This document shows, one piece after another, positions 24,501 to 39,500 of a stretch of DNA of 64,000 nucleotides. Each line of letters begins with the position of its first letter. The stretch's first letter is position 1. Origin of the DNA: Magnetovibrionaceae bacterium. GTDB taxonomy: Bacteria; Pseudomonadota; Alphaproteobacteria; Rhodospirillales; JBMYSY01. Under the pieces are notes generated by a model. It saw only the letters and a list, made by a program, of their open reading frames with translations. It ran no database searches and was not told the DNA's origin. The position numbers and the translations under genes were made by a program. Where the stretch lies: the NCBI GenBank assembly GCA_049603795.1, contig JBMYSY010000015.1, positions 47,531 to 111,530 on the forward strand. Reading direction: 5' to 3'.

Positions 24501-27500
24501 CGCGCGCTTACCGGCTCCGTCGATAACGACGGCGTTATCGACGTCCAAGGGGCCTTCGTTATCAACAACGACGGGGAAGTTCTGGACAGCCGGGACGGCA
24601 AGATCACCATCGCCAGCGGCACCAGCCTGACCATCGATGACGGCACGCTTCAGTTGGGTTCCGGTGCAGAGTTGACTGGCGAAGGGACTTTGGCGTTCAC
24701 AGGTATCAACACCATCGATCTGGTCAGCGATTACACCCACGACGCCGATGATCTGACCACAACCTTCGGGACGACAACCGTCTCTACCGAGGGTTCGGCC
24801 CGGTTCATCAACATCGGTGACATGAGCTATTCCCACGGCAACCTGGATTTTGACGCATCGCTGCGCAACACGGGGCAGTTCACGGTGGCAGGCGGCAACG
24901 GGGCGGACCCGAACCTGCGGGCCTCGGCGGATATCGAAAACCAGGGCACCTTCATCCTGGATAACCAGCAGGTCGGCCAGACCCGGTCGGCGACCGTTAC
25001 CCTTGAGGGCGGTGCCGAATTCCTGAACCAGACCGGCGCGACCCTTTTGGTTCAGGGGACGGTGGCCAGCGGCTTCCGGACCTTGGTCGGTGATATCACC
25101 AACGCGGGCACGATAGACGTCGATTACGGTTTCGGCGTCACCAACACCGGCGCGACGCTGAACAACCAGGCGGGCGTGATCGATGTTGCCGAAAGCCGCA
25201 GCATGACCATCACCGGCGGCACCCTGGAATTGGGTTCGGCGGGGACCCTGACCGGTAAGGGTACGCTCGCGTTCTCCGGTTTGACGACCGTTGACTTGGT
25301 CACCGATTACACCCATCGGGCTACGGATCTGGACCTGACCTTCGGGACCACGACTGTCCAAGGTTCCGGCACCTTCATCAACGCCGGGGAGCTCGATTTC
25401 ACCTATGGCAATCTGGATTTTGATACGGGCCTCCAGAACGAAGGGGTCTTCGGGGTCATCGGTGGAAACGGTGCCGATCCCGTCCTGACGACCTCGGCCA
25501 CCATTCAGAACCAGGGCGTCTTCATCCTGGACAACCGCCAAGCGGGCCAAACCCGCTCGGCCGCCGTGTCGCTTGAAGGTTCGGCCATCTTCAACAACCA
25601 GTCCGGTGCCACGCTGCGCGTTGACGGAACGGTCGCCAGCGGATTCCGCACCCTGACCGGTCCGGTTACCAATGCCGGCGTCATCGATGTGAACTACGGC
25701 CTGACGGTCAACAACGCCTCGGCGACCTTGAACAACCAAAGCGGTACGATCGATATCGCCAGCGGCAAGACCCTGACCGTTGACCAGGGCACCCTGCAAC
25801 TGGGGACCGGCAGTACGCTGCAAGGTGAAGGGACGCTGTACCTGAGTGGCGCAAATACCGTCGATCTGGTTTCCGACTACACGCATACCGCAGCCGACCT
25901 GGCCTTCACCTTCGGCACCACCACGGTCTCGGGTGCCGGCAATTTCATAAACGACGGAACCCTGAACTTCAGCTTCGGCAACCTGGATTTCGATACCACC
26001 TTGCAAAACACCGGTACCTTTACGGTCACCGGCAACAATGGGGCCGACCCGGTCTTGACGGCTTCGGTTGATATCGAAAACAGCGGCCTGATTGTCCTGG
26101 ACAATGTTATCCCGGGTCAGCTCCGCTCGGCGGGTATCACCATGGAGGGCTCTTCGGTCCTGGTGAACCAGGCCGGCGGTATACTCCGGTCGTCCGGCAC
26201 CATCGCCAATGGCAGCCGGACGATCACCGGTAGCGTCGAGAACCTGGGCACCATTGACGTGGACTATGCCCTGTCCTTCGCGAACACCGGCGAAACCTTT
26301 GATACCCGCGCCGGCTCCATCGACCTGGCAGCCACCATGACGGTGACGGGCGGCACGGTGCAGTTTGGGTCCAGCACCGAATTGACAGGCAACGGCATTC
26401 TCAACCTCGCGGGGACGACGACGCTGGAATTGGTCAGCGACTACACCCACGCCACGGACGGGGTGGACCTGAACTTCGGTGGGAACGTCACCGTTTCCGG
26501 GGCCGGTGCCTTCAATAATACCGGTGACCTGCGCCTCGATACGCTGAACGATGTCTTCAATGTGGATTTCAACAACTCTGGTGAATTGGTCATCACAGGG
26601 GCCACGAACACATCCGCTTCGATCACCTTCAACAATGACCTGACCAATACCGGGACCCTGGTCCTGGATAACCAAGCGAGTGGTCAGACCCAGGGTGCTG
26701 CGGTGACCATGGGCAGCGGTGCAACCCTGGTGAACGAGGCGGCGGGGACGATCCGCATCGACCGGACCGTGAACACGGGCACCCGGATCATTCATGGCGA
26801 TGTCAGCAATGCCGGCCTGATCGACGTCAACGACGGGACGCGGATCGGAACGACCGGAGACACCTTCACGAACACGGGGATTATCGATATCGCAGCAGGC
26901 GAGGCGCTGCTCATCGAAGCCGATACCTTCGTCAACTCAGGCACCATTCAGGGCGAAGGCACCCTCATTGTTACGTCTTCGTCGGTCAGCAATACCGGCA
27001 CCATCATTGTCGCCACCGACGGGACCACCGGTGCGCTGGACTATCAGGATGACTATACCTCCAGCGCCAGCAGCACCATTACCCTGGACGTCCATTCCGC
27101 GACCGATCGGGATCTTCTGACCGTCGATAACCTGGATCTCTCGGCGGTCGGTGACACGCTGGAACTCAATCTGGCAGGCGTGAAGATCGGCGACAGCTTC
27201 ACGGTCATGAACTACGACAGCGTCACCGGGACCTTTGACAGCATCGTCCATAACCTGCCCACGGGTTACACGCTGACGCCGACCTATGGCGCAAACAGCC
27301 TGAGCTTCGTCGTTGGGGCTTCGGCGTCGACGACCACCATGAACCAAGCCGTCGACAGTGCCTGGAACAACTCCGGCAACTGGACCAATGGCCTGCCGGA
27401 TGCCAACACCATCGCCATCCTGGATGCCAATGCGAGCGACGTTGTCTTCCCGTCCGGCACCATCACCGTGCTGGGGCTCGAGGCCAATACAGGGCTCAGC

Positions 27501-30500
27501 CTCAACGGCGGGGATCTGATCATTCAGGGCCCGGGTTCGGTTGCGTCCGGCCAGACCTTCACGGTCGATAACGGCGATCTCACCATCAATGGCGACTTTG
27601 TCGCCAATGGTCCCCTCAGTTTCTTCGATGGCACCATCGGCGGCACGGGCAAGTTGATCGCGAAGACCGGCGGTACCCTTGGCGGCGACTTGACCAACTT
27701 CGCGTTGACGACGACTTTGCAGAACGAAGGGACCTTCACCTTCCCGGGCGGAAGTGGCGATTTCCTGATCTCGGGCAGCGGTGTTCTGGACAACCGCAGT
27801 GGCTCGACCCTCAATTTCACCGGCAATCAGGATATCACCTGGTCCGGGTCGGCGGGCAGCATTCTCAACGATGGTGCGGTGACGTCGAGTTCGACTCTGG
27901 CTGTGATCGATGTGCCCTTCCTGCAATCGGATGATGGGACGCTGACGGTTTCCGATGGCACCTTCCGCCTGAATGAACCGGGCTCCGTGCTCCGCGGGAC
28001 GGCGGATACCGGGGCTTCGGGCTATCTGGAAATCAACGCGGCGACGACCCTGGAAGACGGTTTCCTGCTGAACAGCGGCAATATCGTGCACGACGCCGGG
28101 GTGGCCACGGTCAAGGACATCACCATCGGGGCCTCGGCAGCCTTCCAGTTGGACAGCGGCGACATATCGGTTGCCAGCGGCAAAACCATGGAGGTGGATG
28201 GCACCCTGCAATGGCTCACCGGTGATCTGCTGGATGGTGGTGGCGTCCTGCGCATTGATGGCGAGTTGGATCTGCAGAGCACGGCGGCCAATCGCTTCAT
28301 CTATGGCACGCTCGAGAACAACGGCTCGGCAGAGGTGCTGGGGACCGGCGATCTCTACATTCAGCCGACCGGGGTGATCCGGAACAACGCCGGCGGGACC
28401 TTCACCTTCCTCAGCGACGCCGATACGAGTTTTTCCTCGTCCGCCGGCGAATTTATCAACGCGGGGACCCTGGCAAAGGCGACTGCCACGGGCGCGACCT
28501 ATTTCTATACAAAGCTGACCCAAACGGATCTCGGGACCGTCGATGTTGATAGCGGCCAGATTCGCTTCCTTGTCGACAGCCCGTCCGTTGGCGGAACCTT
28601 CGATGCGGCCAGCGGGGCCGAAATCGAGATTGCTTCGACCATGACCTTCGAGGAAGGCGTGACCTTCCAGGGCTCTGGCGTGACCGAAATCCTATCAGGC
28701 GGGGAGGCTGTCTTTAGCGGCAATGCGGAAGTTGCCTCGGGCGGGACCTTGCAACTGTCCGGTAACGGTCCGCTGACGGTCAATGCCGGCAAGACGCTGG
28801 AAGTCGATGGAACGCTGAATTGGACGACAGGGACCATTGATGGTGCCGGTACGATCCGGATTGATGGAACGGCCCAGGTCAGCAGCAGTGCCAACAAGTT
28901 CCTGGAAGGCGATATCGTCAACACCGGCACGATCACACACACGGGTGCCGGAGATATCTATGTCCAGAGCGGCGCTTCCCTGACGAACGCCATCGGCGGG
29001 ACGTTCAATCTGCAAGGCTCGGGCGAGCTGGCCTATTCGTCAGCACCGGGTGAATTCGTCAATGCCGGGACGATCCATAAAAGCGTGGATACCGGCAGCC
29101 GGAATTTCTATTCGGAATTGACGCAGACCGAGACCGGCTTGGTCGATGTGGATACCGGGTCGCTGTCCTTCCTGGTCGCCAGCGATTCAGTCGCGGGGAC
29201 CTTTGATGCGGCCAGTGGTGCCAGCATTAATTTCGGTGCCACGATGACCCTGAAGGCTGGAACCACCTTCCAAGGGGCCGGTACCCATTCGATCTCGTCC
29301 AGCGGCAAGCTGATCATCGACGGCAGCGTATCGGTGGCGACGGGCGGTACGATGTTGGTCGGCGGCGGCGAGGTTCAGGCCAATGCCGGAGAAACCCTGG
29401 ATATTGACGGTACACTGGAGTGGACTTGGGGCGGATTTTCCGGGGATGGTCTTGTTCGGGTCAATGGTGACGGCGAGCTCTCGTCCGCTTCGAACAAGTC
29501 GCTGCTGGGGACCCTGGAAAACCACGGTTCACTGGCCTTCACAGATACCGGAGATTTATACCTTCAGGCCGGTTCCGTCTTCAGGAATGCCGAAAACGGG
29601 CTGTTTGATATCCAAACGGATTCAGACATCACCTACGGTGCCGCCCCCGGTGATTTCGAAAACCACGGGGTTGTCCGAAAATCTTCCGGCTCTGCGACCA
29701 CCGATTTCGACACGACCTATACTCAGTCCGTCGGGGCAACGCTGGATGTGGATAGCGGCACCATTCAGCTGTTCGGAACCGGCAACACCCTGGCCGGTGT
29801 TGTGGATGCAGCATCCGGTGCTTCTCTCATGGTCAGTGGCAACACGACAGTCCTGGCCAAGACGGTGTTCCAGGGGGCCGGCACCACAGAAGTCGCTCAT
29901 TATACGACCAGCGTTTCCGGCGACGCCTCTGTTGCATCCGATCATACGTTCAATGTCTCGGGCGGTACCCTTACCATTGCGGACGGCATAACCCTGGATG
30001 TGGATGGCTCACTGGATTGGGACGGCGGAACCATCGCAGGCGACGGTGTGGTCATCCTTGATGGCGACGCGACCTTTGCCGGGAATGCCAACCGGACCCT
30101 GACCGGGACGATTGTCAACAACGGTTCGGTCACCATGACCGATGCGGGCGATATCTTTATCGAGACCGCTGGGATCTTCCAGAACGCGCTCGGCGCGACC
30201 TTTGAAGTCCAGGGTTCGGGTGATCTCTCGAATACGACTTCCGCGGGCAGCTTCCAAAACGCCGGCACCTTCATTCGCAACGGCGGCGTTGGGACCATGA
30301 ACCTGGATGTCCTGGCATCCAGCAGCGGCGAGATTCAGGTGCTGACCGGGAATCTTCGCTTTTCCGAGGGGCTGACCAACTCCGGTCGGATCGAGATCGC
30401 TGATGGCGCGACCCTGACCGTATCCGGCGGCAACTTCTCCAACACCGGCATCATCGAAGGGGCGGGGACGTTGAACGTCACCACCTCAGGAACGGTTGCA

Positions 30501-33500
30501 AACTCCGGCGATATCACCGTTGCGACCGACGGCACCGTGGGCGCGCTGAACATCGAGAGCGACTTCGCGACGGATGCCCAGAGTGTCTTCAAGTTCGACC
30601 TGGCTTCGGGCACCAGCTTCGACCATCTGACGGTTGACGATTTGGACCTCTCCGCCTCGACCGACACCATCGAGCTGGATTTCAGCTACCTGCCCTTCCC
30701 GGGGTCAAGCTTCGAAATCATCACCTACACCGGTCTCACCCCGGACACGACCTTCGACAACGTCGTTCATAACCTGGACGACAATTATGAGGTAAACCTG
30801 AGCTACGGTTCGACCGGGCTGACCGTAACGGTCAATCAGAACTTTATCGTCCACGACCAGGCGACGGACGCGGCCTTCCATACGGCGACGAACTGGACGA
30901 ACGACACGCTTCCGACGTCAACCGACGCGGTGCAACTGGCCGCAAATGCTTCCGACGTGACCCACGGGTCCGGGATCACGACGGTCCGCCATCTGGATGC
31001 CGATACGGGACTTGCGCTGACCGGCGGGACGTTGAATGTCAGTGGCGAGGCCGATTTCGCCAGCGGCACCACCCTGACCATGAGCAACAACGCCCTCTAC
31101 ACCACGGGTGGGATGACCACCATCAACGGGACGGCGGTGTTCAACCAAAGCCAGATTTCGTCAACGGACGGCGGGCTGACAGTCGCCTCGGGCGCGACGG
31201 CCAACCTGAACCTCGACACCTCGGGCGGCATCACCTTCAGCGGGATGGATGTGGTCAACAACGGGACGGTGAATGTCCAGGGCGAAACCTATGTGGTTCA
31301 GCTCGCGAGTGCTTCCACCTTCACCAATGCCTCCGGTGCGACTTTCGATCTGAAGGACGATACCGACCTGACCGATTCGGGCTCCGGCAACGAGATGTAC
31401 AACGCCGGGACATTTGTGAAATCCGGTGGGACCGGGTCTGCCGAAATGAATGTCCATCTGGACAACACGGGCACCCTGGACATTGACGCGGGAAGCCTGG
31501 ACATCAACGACGGCTTCACCAATCTGGGCGGCACCATCGATATCGCATCCGGTGCGACATTCCTGCTCGATGCGTCATCGACTGCGAACCCGGCCGTCTT
31601 CGGGACAGGGACCACGATCCAGGGTGACGGTTCGATGGTCTTCTCCAATGGCCTGACCCAGTTCACCGCCAACACGACGCTGGGCGACAATGTGTCCTAT
31701 TCCATGGTGGACACGGGCACCATCGAGCTGGCGCAGAATGTCAATCTGACGCTGGCCAACGATTTCACCTGGACCCGCGGTACGATCGGAGCCAGTGGGA
31801 CCAATGCCAAGGTCATCAATGCGGTTTCCAACCCGCTGACCCTGCACACCGTTCTCGGCAGCGCCACTCTGGACGATGTCGAACTGGAAAACCGGGGCAC
31901 CCTGACCTGGGAATCGGGTTCCGTCTACGGTCTGACGATCGGCAACGGATCATTGCTGGACAACCAGTCCGGTGCCACCATCGTGATCAAGCACGACAAG
32001 AACATCACCGAAAGCGGCTCCGGAAACAGCTTCGTCAACGCAGGCACTCTTCAGAAAACGGTGGGTTCGGGATCCTCCGATCCGACCGATATTCAGGTGG
32101 CGACCACCAACTCGGGTACGATTGATATCGATGCCGGTCGGCTGGAATTTTCGGACTCGTTGACCAACTCGGGTGCGATCGAGGTGGCTGCCGGTGCCAG
32201 CCTGTTCCTGGATGCGACCTCGAACCTGGACATCGCGGCCTTCAATGCCGGGAGCTCCTTCTCGGGCGCCGGTGACGTCTATTTCTCCATGAGCCGGGCC
32301 GAGATCAACACGGACCTGACCCTTGGTGACAATCTGACGTACCACTTGGACGACACTGGTCTGATCCTGGTCGGCTCGAATCGGACCCTGACCCTGGATG
32401 CTGATTTCGACTGGCAGCGCGGCGGGTTTGACGGCTACAGCAGCTCCTACCTGTTCAACAACGCCGGCAATACGGTCACGATGAATACCCAGAACGGGAT
32501 TTCCTTCACCGCGCTGAATGTGGTCAACAGCGGCGTGATGGATTGGGTGGAGACCTCTTCCTACAACCTGACCATTTCCGACGGTGCGGACTTCACCAAC
32601 GCGGCATCGGGGACCTTCTATATCCGCCATGACCTGGACATCACCGAGTCCGGTTCCGGCAACCAGATGACCAACTACGGCACGATCACCAAGACGGCCA
32701 GCGCCGGCGGGTCGGCACGCACCGATATCTCCGTGCCGTTCGAAAACCAGGGCACCATCAACGTGGATGCGGGCATCCTGGAGTTTTCGGATGCCTACGT
32801 CAGCCAGGGTGGCACCATTTCTGTTGCTTCCGGGGCCGAGGTTCTGTTTGACGCCACATCCACCACAGACATCACCCAACTGGATGGCACCACCAGCTTC
32901 ACGGGATCGGGCGACGTCACCTTCTCCATGACAAAGGCCCAGATCGTCGATGATCTGACCCTCGACGGTGGCCTGAATTATCAGTTGGTGGATAACGGTA
33001 CGATTGAAGTCGCCGCTGCAAAAACCCTGACCCTGGATGCCGACTTTGATTGGTCACGGGGCTTTTTCTCTGGCGATGGTGCTTTGGTGAATAACGCCGG
33101 GAAGACGGTGTACATCGACAGCCAGAACAGTGTGTCCTTCGATGCGTTGACGGTGACCAACAACGGCACCTTCGACTGGGAAGCCTCGTCTATCTATAAC
33201 CTGACGATCTCCGGCGGGGCCCAATTCACCAACGCCTCCGGTGCGAGCTTCCTGATCAACCACGATAAGGACATCTCGGAAAGCGGCTCCGGGAACCTGT
33301 TCACCAACGCAGGGCTTCTGCGCAAAGTGACGGGTGACGAATCCACCGGGCGCACCGACATTGGTGTCCCGGTCGTCAATACCGGAACCATTGATGTGGT
33401 GGATGGCATTTTGGAATTCTCGGATTCCGTCACCACGACAGGTTTGATGAGTGTCGGCGCGACAGGCGAGATTGTCTTCGATGCTACGAGTGCCACTACC

Positions 33501-36500
33501 GGGATTGCCACGTTCAACGATGGAGCCAGTTTCTCTGGCTCCGGTATCGTCAACTTCTCTATGTCCAAGGCGGTGGTCGACACAGATCTCAGCCTCGGCG
33601 GTTCGATAACCTATAAATCGAGCGACAACGGCGCGATTGAGGTGACCAGCGGCCATACCCTGACCATGGATTCCGAGTTTGTCTGGTCCCGGGGTAAGTT
33701 CGAGGGGGCGGGTGCCGTCAAGAATGCCTCCGGCAATACCTTGACGATGAACACGTCGAACGCCATCACCATCGACGAGGTGGATTTCACCAACGAAGGC
33801 ACCGCGACCTGGGCGTCGACATCCAGTTACGACGTCGTGCTCTCCAATGGTGCGTCCTTCACCAACGCGGTCGGCGCGACCTTCGACATTCAGCACGATA
33901 GGGATGTCATCGAGTCAGGCTCCGGCAATCTGTTCACCAATGCCGGGACGCTGGTCAAATCTGCAGGCGCGGGCGGCAGCAGCCGGACTGAAATCCAGTC
34001 AGACTTCGTAAACAGCGGTACGCTGGAAATCCAGGCCGGTGTGTTCCGGGCGACCGATGATTTCACCAACACAGGAACGATCCGGATTGCTGATGGCGCG
34101 CGGCTGGATATCACCGGTGCCACCTTCAACAACTCGGGCAGCATCGAGGGCGAAGGCACGATCTTCATCGCCAGTTCGACCGTGGTCACCGATACCGGCG
34201 ACATCACGGTGGCGACGGATGGTACGACGGGTACGCTGTCCTTTGCGTTGGACTTCGAAACCGGTGCCGGCACGGCGCTGAACCTGGATGTGGCCGGGGC
34301 TTCCGATCATGACGTCCTGGATGTGGTCGGTGGCGTGAACCTCTCTGGGGCCGGTGACGTGATTTCGGTCAGCTTCGGTTCCTACGAACCTGTTGCGGGC
34401 CAGACCTTCACGGTGCTGACCAATGACGGATCGGATGCGATCTCGGGCAGCTTCGACAGCATCATTCATGACCTCGGCACCGATTGGAAATTGACGGCGG
34501 ATTATGCCGGTGGCGACGGCAATGACCTGGTCCTGACGGTCGAGGCCAATGGCCCGACTGTGAACGCGGACTCGCTGACCGGCACCTCTGGTTCGGATAC
34601 GATTGATGGCCTGGCCGGCAATGACACGATCTTTGGCCTTGCCGGAAATGACACCCTCAAAGGCAACGACGACAACGACATCCTCTACGGCGGCGATGAC
34701 AACGACCTGCTGCAGGGTGGTGCGGGCGATGACACCATGGAAGGCGGCGCGGGCGATGACATCATCCAGGGCGGCTCCGGTACCGATTTCGCGGACTACC
34801 GAAACGCGACAGGTGCCGTCCATGTTCAATTCGCCAATACGTCGTCGCAATCCGTCGGCGGCGGGCAGGGGGCCGACACCATCAGCCTTGATGTTGAAGG
34901 CTTCCTCGGCTCGGCTTACGGCGATACCTTCGAAGACATTGCTGTTTCGTCCTACGGCAACGTCTTTTATGGCTATGGCGGGGATGACTCGCTCCATGGC
35001 GGCGGTGGCGTCAACTCGCTCTATGGCGGGGATGGTAACGACCTTCTGACAACCGGCGGACAAGGCAGCCTCTATGGCGGTGCAGGCAATGACAGCCTCG
35101 TTGGCGGTATTGGCAACGACCTTTTGGACGGCGGAGCGGATAACGACACCTACGAGATCAGTCGAAGCGATGACGTGATCTTGGACAGCGGCGGCACCGA
35201 TACCGTCGTGTTCAATTCGACAGAAGGTGGCGACTACGGCGGTGACGGTGTCATTCGCGATGTCTACCGAAGCGGCGGCGATATCGTCTTCCGCACCAGC
35301 CTTGACTACGGGGGCTATGACTCCACCCTCACGGTCGCCGATGGTGTGATCGAAACTTTTGGATATCGGGAGAACGACGAGGGCTCTATTACAACGGATA
35401 CTTGGTCAATCTTTTCGGGAACCAACGCGAGTTCGGAAACCACGGACCAGGCCATCATCGGTACCAGTGGTGCTGATGTCCTGGTTGGGGGAAGTGGAAA
35501 TGACATCCTTTCGGGTAGCGATGGCAATGACGACCTTACAGGTGGCGCGGGCGATGACCTCTTCCTGATTGGCGGCGGGAGCAATACTGTCGATGGCGGT
35601 GCAGGGCAGGATGAGCTCTATATCGGGGCCAATCTAAGCTACAACATCAACCTTGTGACCGGCACGGCCACTTGGTCGAGCCTGACCACGACGTTCTCGA
35701 ACATTGAAGATGTGACCGGCGGTGCCGGGGCTGAGACGATCATCGGGGACAACAACGCCAACCGCCTGTCAGGTGGTTACGGGGCGGACACGATCTCCGG
35801 TGGCGGTGGCGACGACACCATCGAAGGCGGCAAGTTCAACGACATTCTGAACGGTGGTGCCGGCGACGACACGATTAATGGGGGTGCAAATAACGACACC
35901 ATTGACGGTGGCGATGGCATCGACATTGCGGAGTTCACCGGAAACTACGCCGATTATACCATCACGGCAGGTGATGCGGGGCTGACGGTCTCCGGCACCG
36001 ACGGCACAGACATTCTGACGGATATCGAACGGCTGCGGTTCGATGATCAGACGATTGCCGTCCCCGAAGTCCTCGGCACAAATGCGGCCGGTGGCTTCGC
36101 GCAGTTCGACAAGGCGGACCAAACCTACCTCTCGGCCGCCCATGACTCGGCGCAGCAGCTGGAAAGCTGGACGATCGAGGCCTGGATCCAGACGGAAGAC
36201 GACGCCAACGTGATCGGGCGTATCGTGTCCAAGTCCGATGGTGCCAACAACTCGCATTTCTCCCTCTATACCTGGGGCGGCAAGGTCTGGGTTCAGGGAA
36301 CCGAACCGCCGACCACCCACGTAGACCTTGGCAGCACGACCACGATCAGCGACAACCAGTGGCACCACGTGGCCGGTACCTATGACGCCGCGACCGATAC
36401 CTTGAAGATCTACGTGGATGGCGTTTACGAGGGCCAGCAGACCAATGTGGGGCCCTTCGTTTCGGCGGGCGGAAACCTTGAGATCGGTCGTTGGAGTGAC

Positions 36501-39500
36501 AGCGTCGGCCAGTACTATGACGGTGCGATGGACGATGTCCGCATCTGGTCGGAAGCCAAGACCGAAGAGCAAATCCGCGAGGGCATGAACCGCCCGGTCA
36601 GTGAGCCGACGACGGAAAGTACCCTCGTTGCCTCTTACGATTTCGACAGCGCGTCAGGCACCACTGTCACTGACGGCTCGGCAAATGGCTTCGATCTTTC
36701 CACGGTTTCCGGCCAGGCACCGAACTTCACCTCGCCCAATGAGATCATGTTCAGCGTCGATGGCTCGTCAGGCCAGGGGGCGTCGGGCGATCTGTTGCTG
36801 ACGCAGACCAACGACCTTTCCATCGAAGTCACCTTCATGTGGAACGGGACCGATACGTCCGGCGACATGGTTCTGGCCTACAACGGGACCTACAGCACCA
36901 ACGGTTACGGGCTGATTTTGGACCGGACCGGGGCGGACACCTACAAGCTGCAGGGTGAATTGGGCGGTATCGGCGGGCTGCATACCGATTTCACGGTGAA
37001 GGCCGGCGAAATCGTCCAGGCAGCCCTGGTGCGCGAGAGCGGAACCTGGAAGATCTACGTCAACGGCGAAGATGAAACGATCACGGCAGGCACCATAACG
37101 ACCAATCCGGTCACGCCCACCGGCAGCTTCCACGTGGCGACCACGGGCTCGTCCGCACCGTTCTCAGGCCTGGTGTCGGATGTTCGTGTCTGGTCCGATG
37201 CCCGCACCTCGACCGAGGTTGCCAACAATCGCAACGGCTTGACCGCATCCCAACCCGAACAGGGCCTGGAAGCTTGGTTCCCGCTGACCGAAGGATCCGG
37301 CACGACTTTGGTCGATGCCTCCGGAATGGGGCATGATCTGACGGTCTCCGGCGGCAACTGGTACAGCGGTATTCCGCCGGTCTATGACGACGGGGCCGTA
37401 ACGGTCATCGAAGACCAGCCTTTGACCGGGGTGATCGGAACCTACAGTTATGCCTCCGGTGACACCCTGACCGTCAGCCTGGTGGGTGCGGATGGCGGTG
37501 CTGCCAAGGGGGATGTCAGCCTCACCCAAAGCGGTTCCTCCTGGCTCTATACCTACACGCCGGACGAAAACGCCACAGGTGCGGACAGCTTCTTCATCGA
37601 GGTTTCCAACGGCACGACAACAACCCGCGAAGAAATCTCGGTCAGCATTACCGGTGTGGCGGATGATCCGGAGGTATCGGGCCTCGGCCTTTCTGACGGC
37701 GCAATTACCCTGGACGGCAGCGATGACTACATCGATATCCCGGACAGCGGCGGACTGAACAAGGCGCTCGATGCCGACTACACGGTCGAGGTCATGTTCC
37801 GGACGGATCATGATTCCACGGGCGAGCTCCATCGGATCCTCACAAAAGTATCGGATGACCATACCTCTGCGGAAGCCTATTCCTTCCGGATTGCCAACAA
37901 CGAGCTGAGCTTCATCGCCGGCTATGACAGCAATGGTGCAACGAGCGGCGGCGCGGCTTCTGTTTCGGTCGGTTCACTCGGAACCGTTAATGACGGTGAG
38001 TGGCATCGGGCTTCGGCAACTTACGATAGCGCCACGAGCACGGTAACCCTGTACCTGGATGGTGTCCTCCAGGGTTCGACGACCATGCCGGAAGACAACC
38101 TGGCATCAACGAATTCAAATCCTGTCACCATCGGTCGCTTCAGTTCCGTTCATGGGCAGTACTACAACGGCGATGTTGCCGATGTACGTGTCTGGAACAC
38201 GGCCCTGGATGGAACAGCCATTGCGGCCTCCGATGATATCCGGATTGCCGACCCGACCAATGAAGCCAACCTGATCGGCTATTGGAAGCTGGACGAAGGC
38301 GAAGGTGCCTCGATCGCAGACGCTTCGGGTAACAACCTGAGCGGCACGCTGTACGGACAAACCTCCGGCTCCGAGACCTGGGCGGATGACAGCCCGTTCT
38401 ACTCGGAAACCGTTTCCAGCCTCAGCGTCATCAAGGATCAGGCCGAGGTCGCGACCCTGCAGCTTCTGGACGGCGACGGCGACACGGTTACCGTCAGTTC
38501 TTACTTCTCGCCCAGCAACGGTACCCTGGTGGACCTGGGCAATGGCCAGTTCCGTTACACGCCCGACGCCGGCTATACCGGTGCCGACAGCTTTACGGTC
38601 AACCTGACCGACAGCAGCGGCGCGAGCGTGGCGCGGACCATCAACATCACCGTTGCCGCGCCGCCAGTGGTCCTTGGTGTCACGCAACCCGCTGATTTCG
38701 TTCAGTTCGATGGCGTGAACGACCACATCAACGTACCGCCCGACCTTGGCATCACGACAGGCGATTTCACGGTGGAAGGCTGGATTTATCTGGACAGCCT
38801 CGGCAATTACAGCACGGTCTTTGACAACCGCTCGGATGCCAACAACGGGTTCCTGTTGGGTGTGGACGACCAGAACAAGCTGACCGGTCTTATCAACACC
38901 ACCGGTTCCGATGTGACGATCCAATCGTCCGGAAGCCTGTCTGCCGATACCTGGTATCACGTTGCCTTCTCCGGTGATCGGGACGGCAATGGGACGATCT
39001 ACCTGGATGGCGAGAATGTGGGCTCGGCGAGCATTTCGGCCCAGTCCGGCAGCGTCGAAGTCCCGAGCGGTCAGACAGCCGTGATCGGCGGGGCCGCGGG
39101 GACCAGCACGTCTTGGGCTCCCTTCAACGGGCGCTTGTCGGATATTCGTCTGTGGTCAGACCTGCGCACGGCTGAAGAGATCGACACCTACAAGACAGCC
39201 GAGATCGAGAACCCGGGTACGACGGCTAACCTTGTCGCCTATTGGCCCTTGGATGGGGATACGGTCGACGAGACCACCGGCGCTGTGACCGATCTGTCCT
39301 CGGGAAGCCATGACGGCACGCTGGGTGCGTCGTCCGCTTCGGGTACAGATGATCCGTCGCTCCAGGAAATGCACTTTGCCAAGGGCCTGTCGGTCACCGG
39401 TTCGACCAGTTCCTATGGGGCTGTGAGTGATTCCGGCGGTGTCTTCAATACCTCCGAGTTTACCGTTGAGGGTTGGGTATACCTCGATGATCTGAGCACG

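Noticed and set aside
22641-34553. The regularly spaced repeats (~573, 605 and 635 nt) as a possible CRISPR array or satellite DNA.
   Set aside because: The units are far longer than CRISPR repeat-spacer units, are diverged at nucleotide level, and lie in one open reading frame with protein-level conservation. They are coding repeats.
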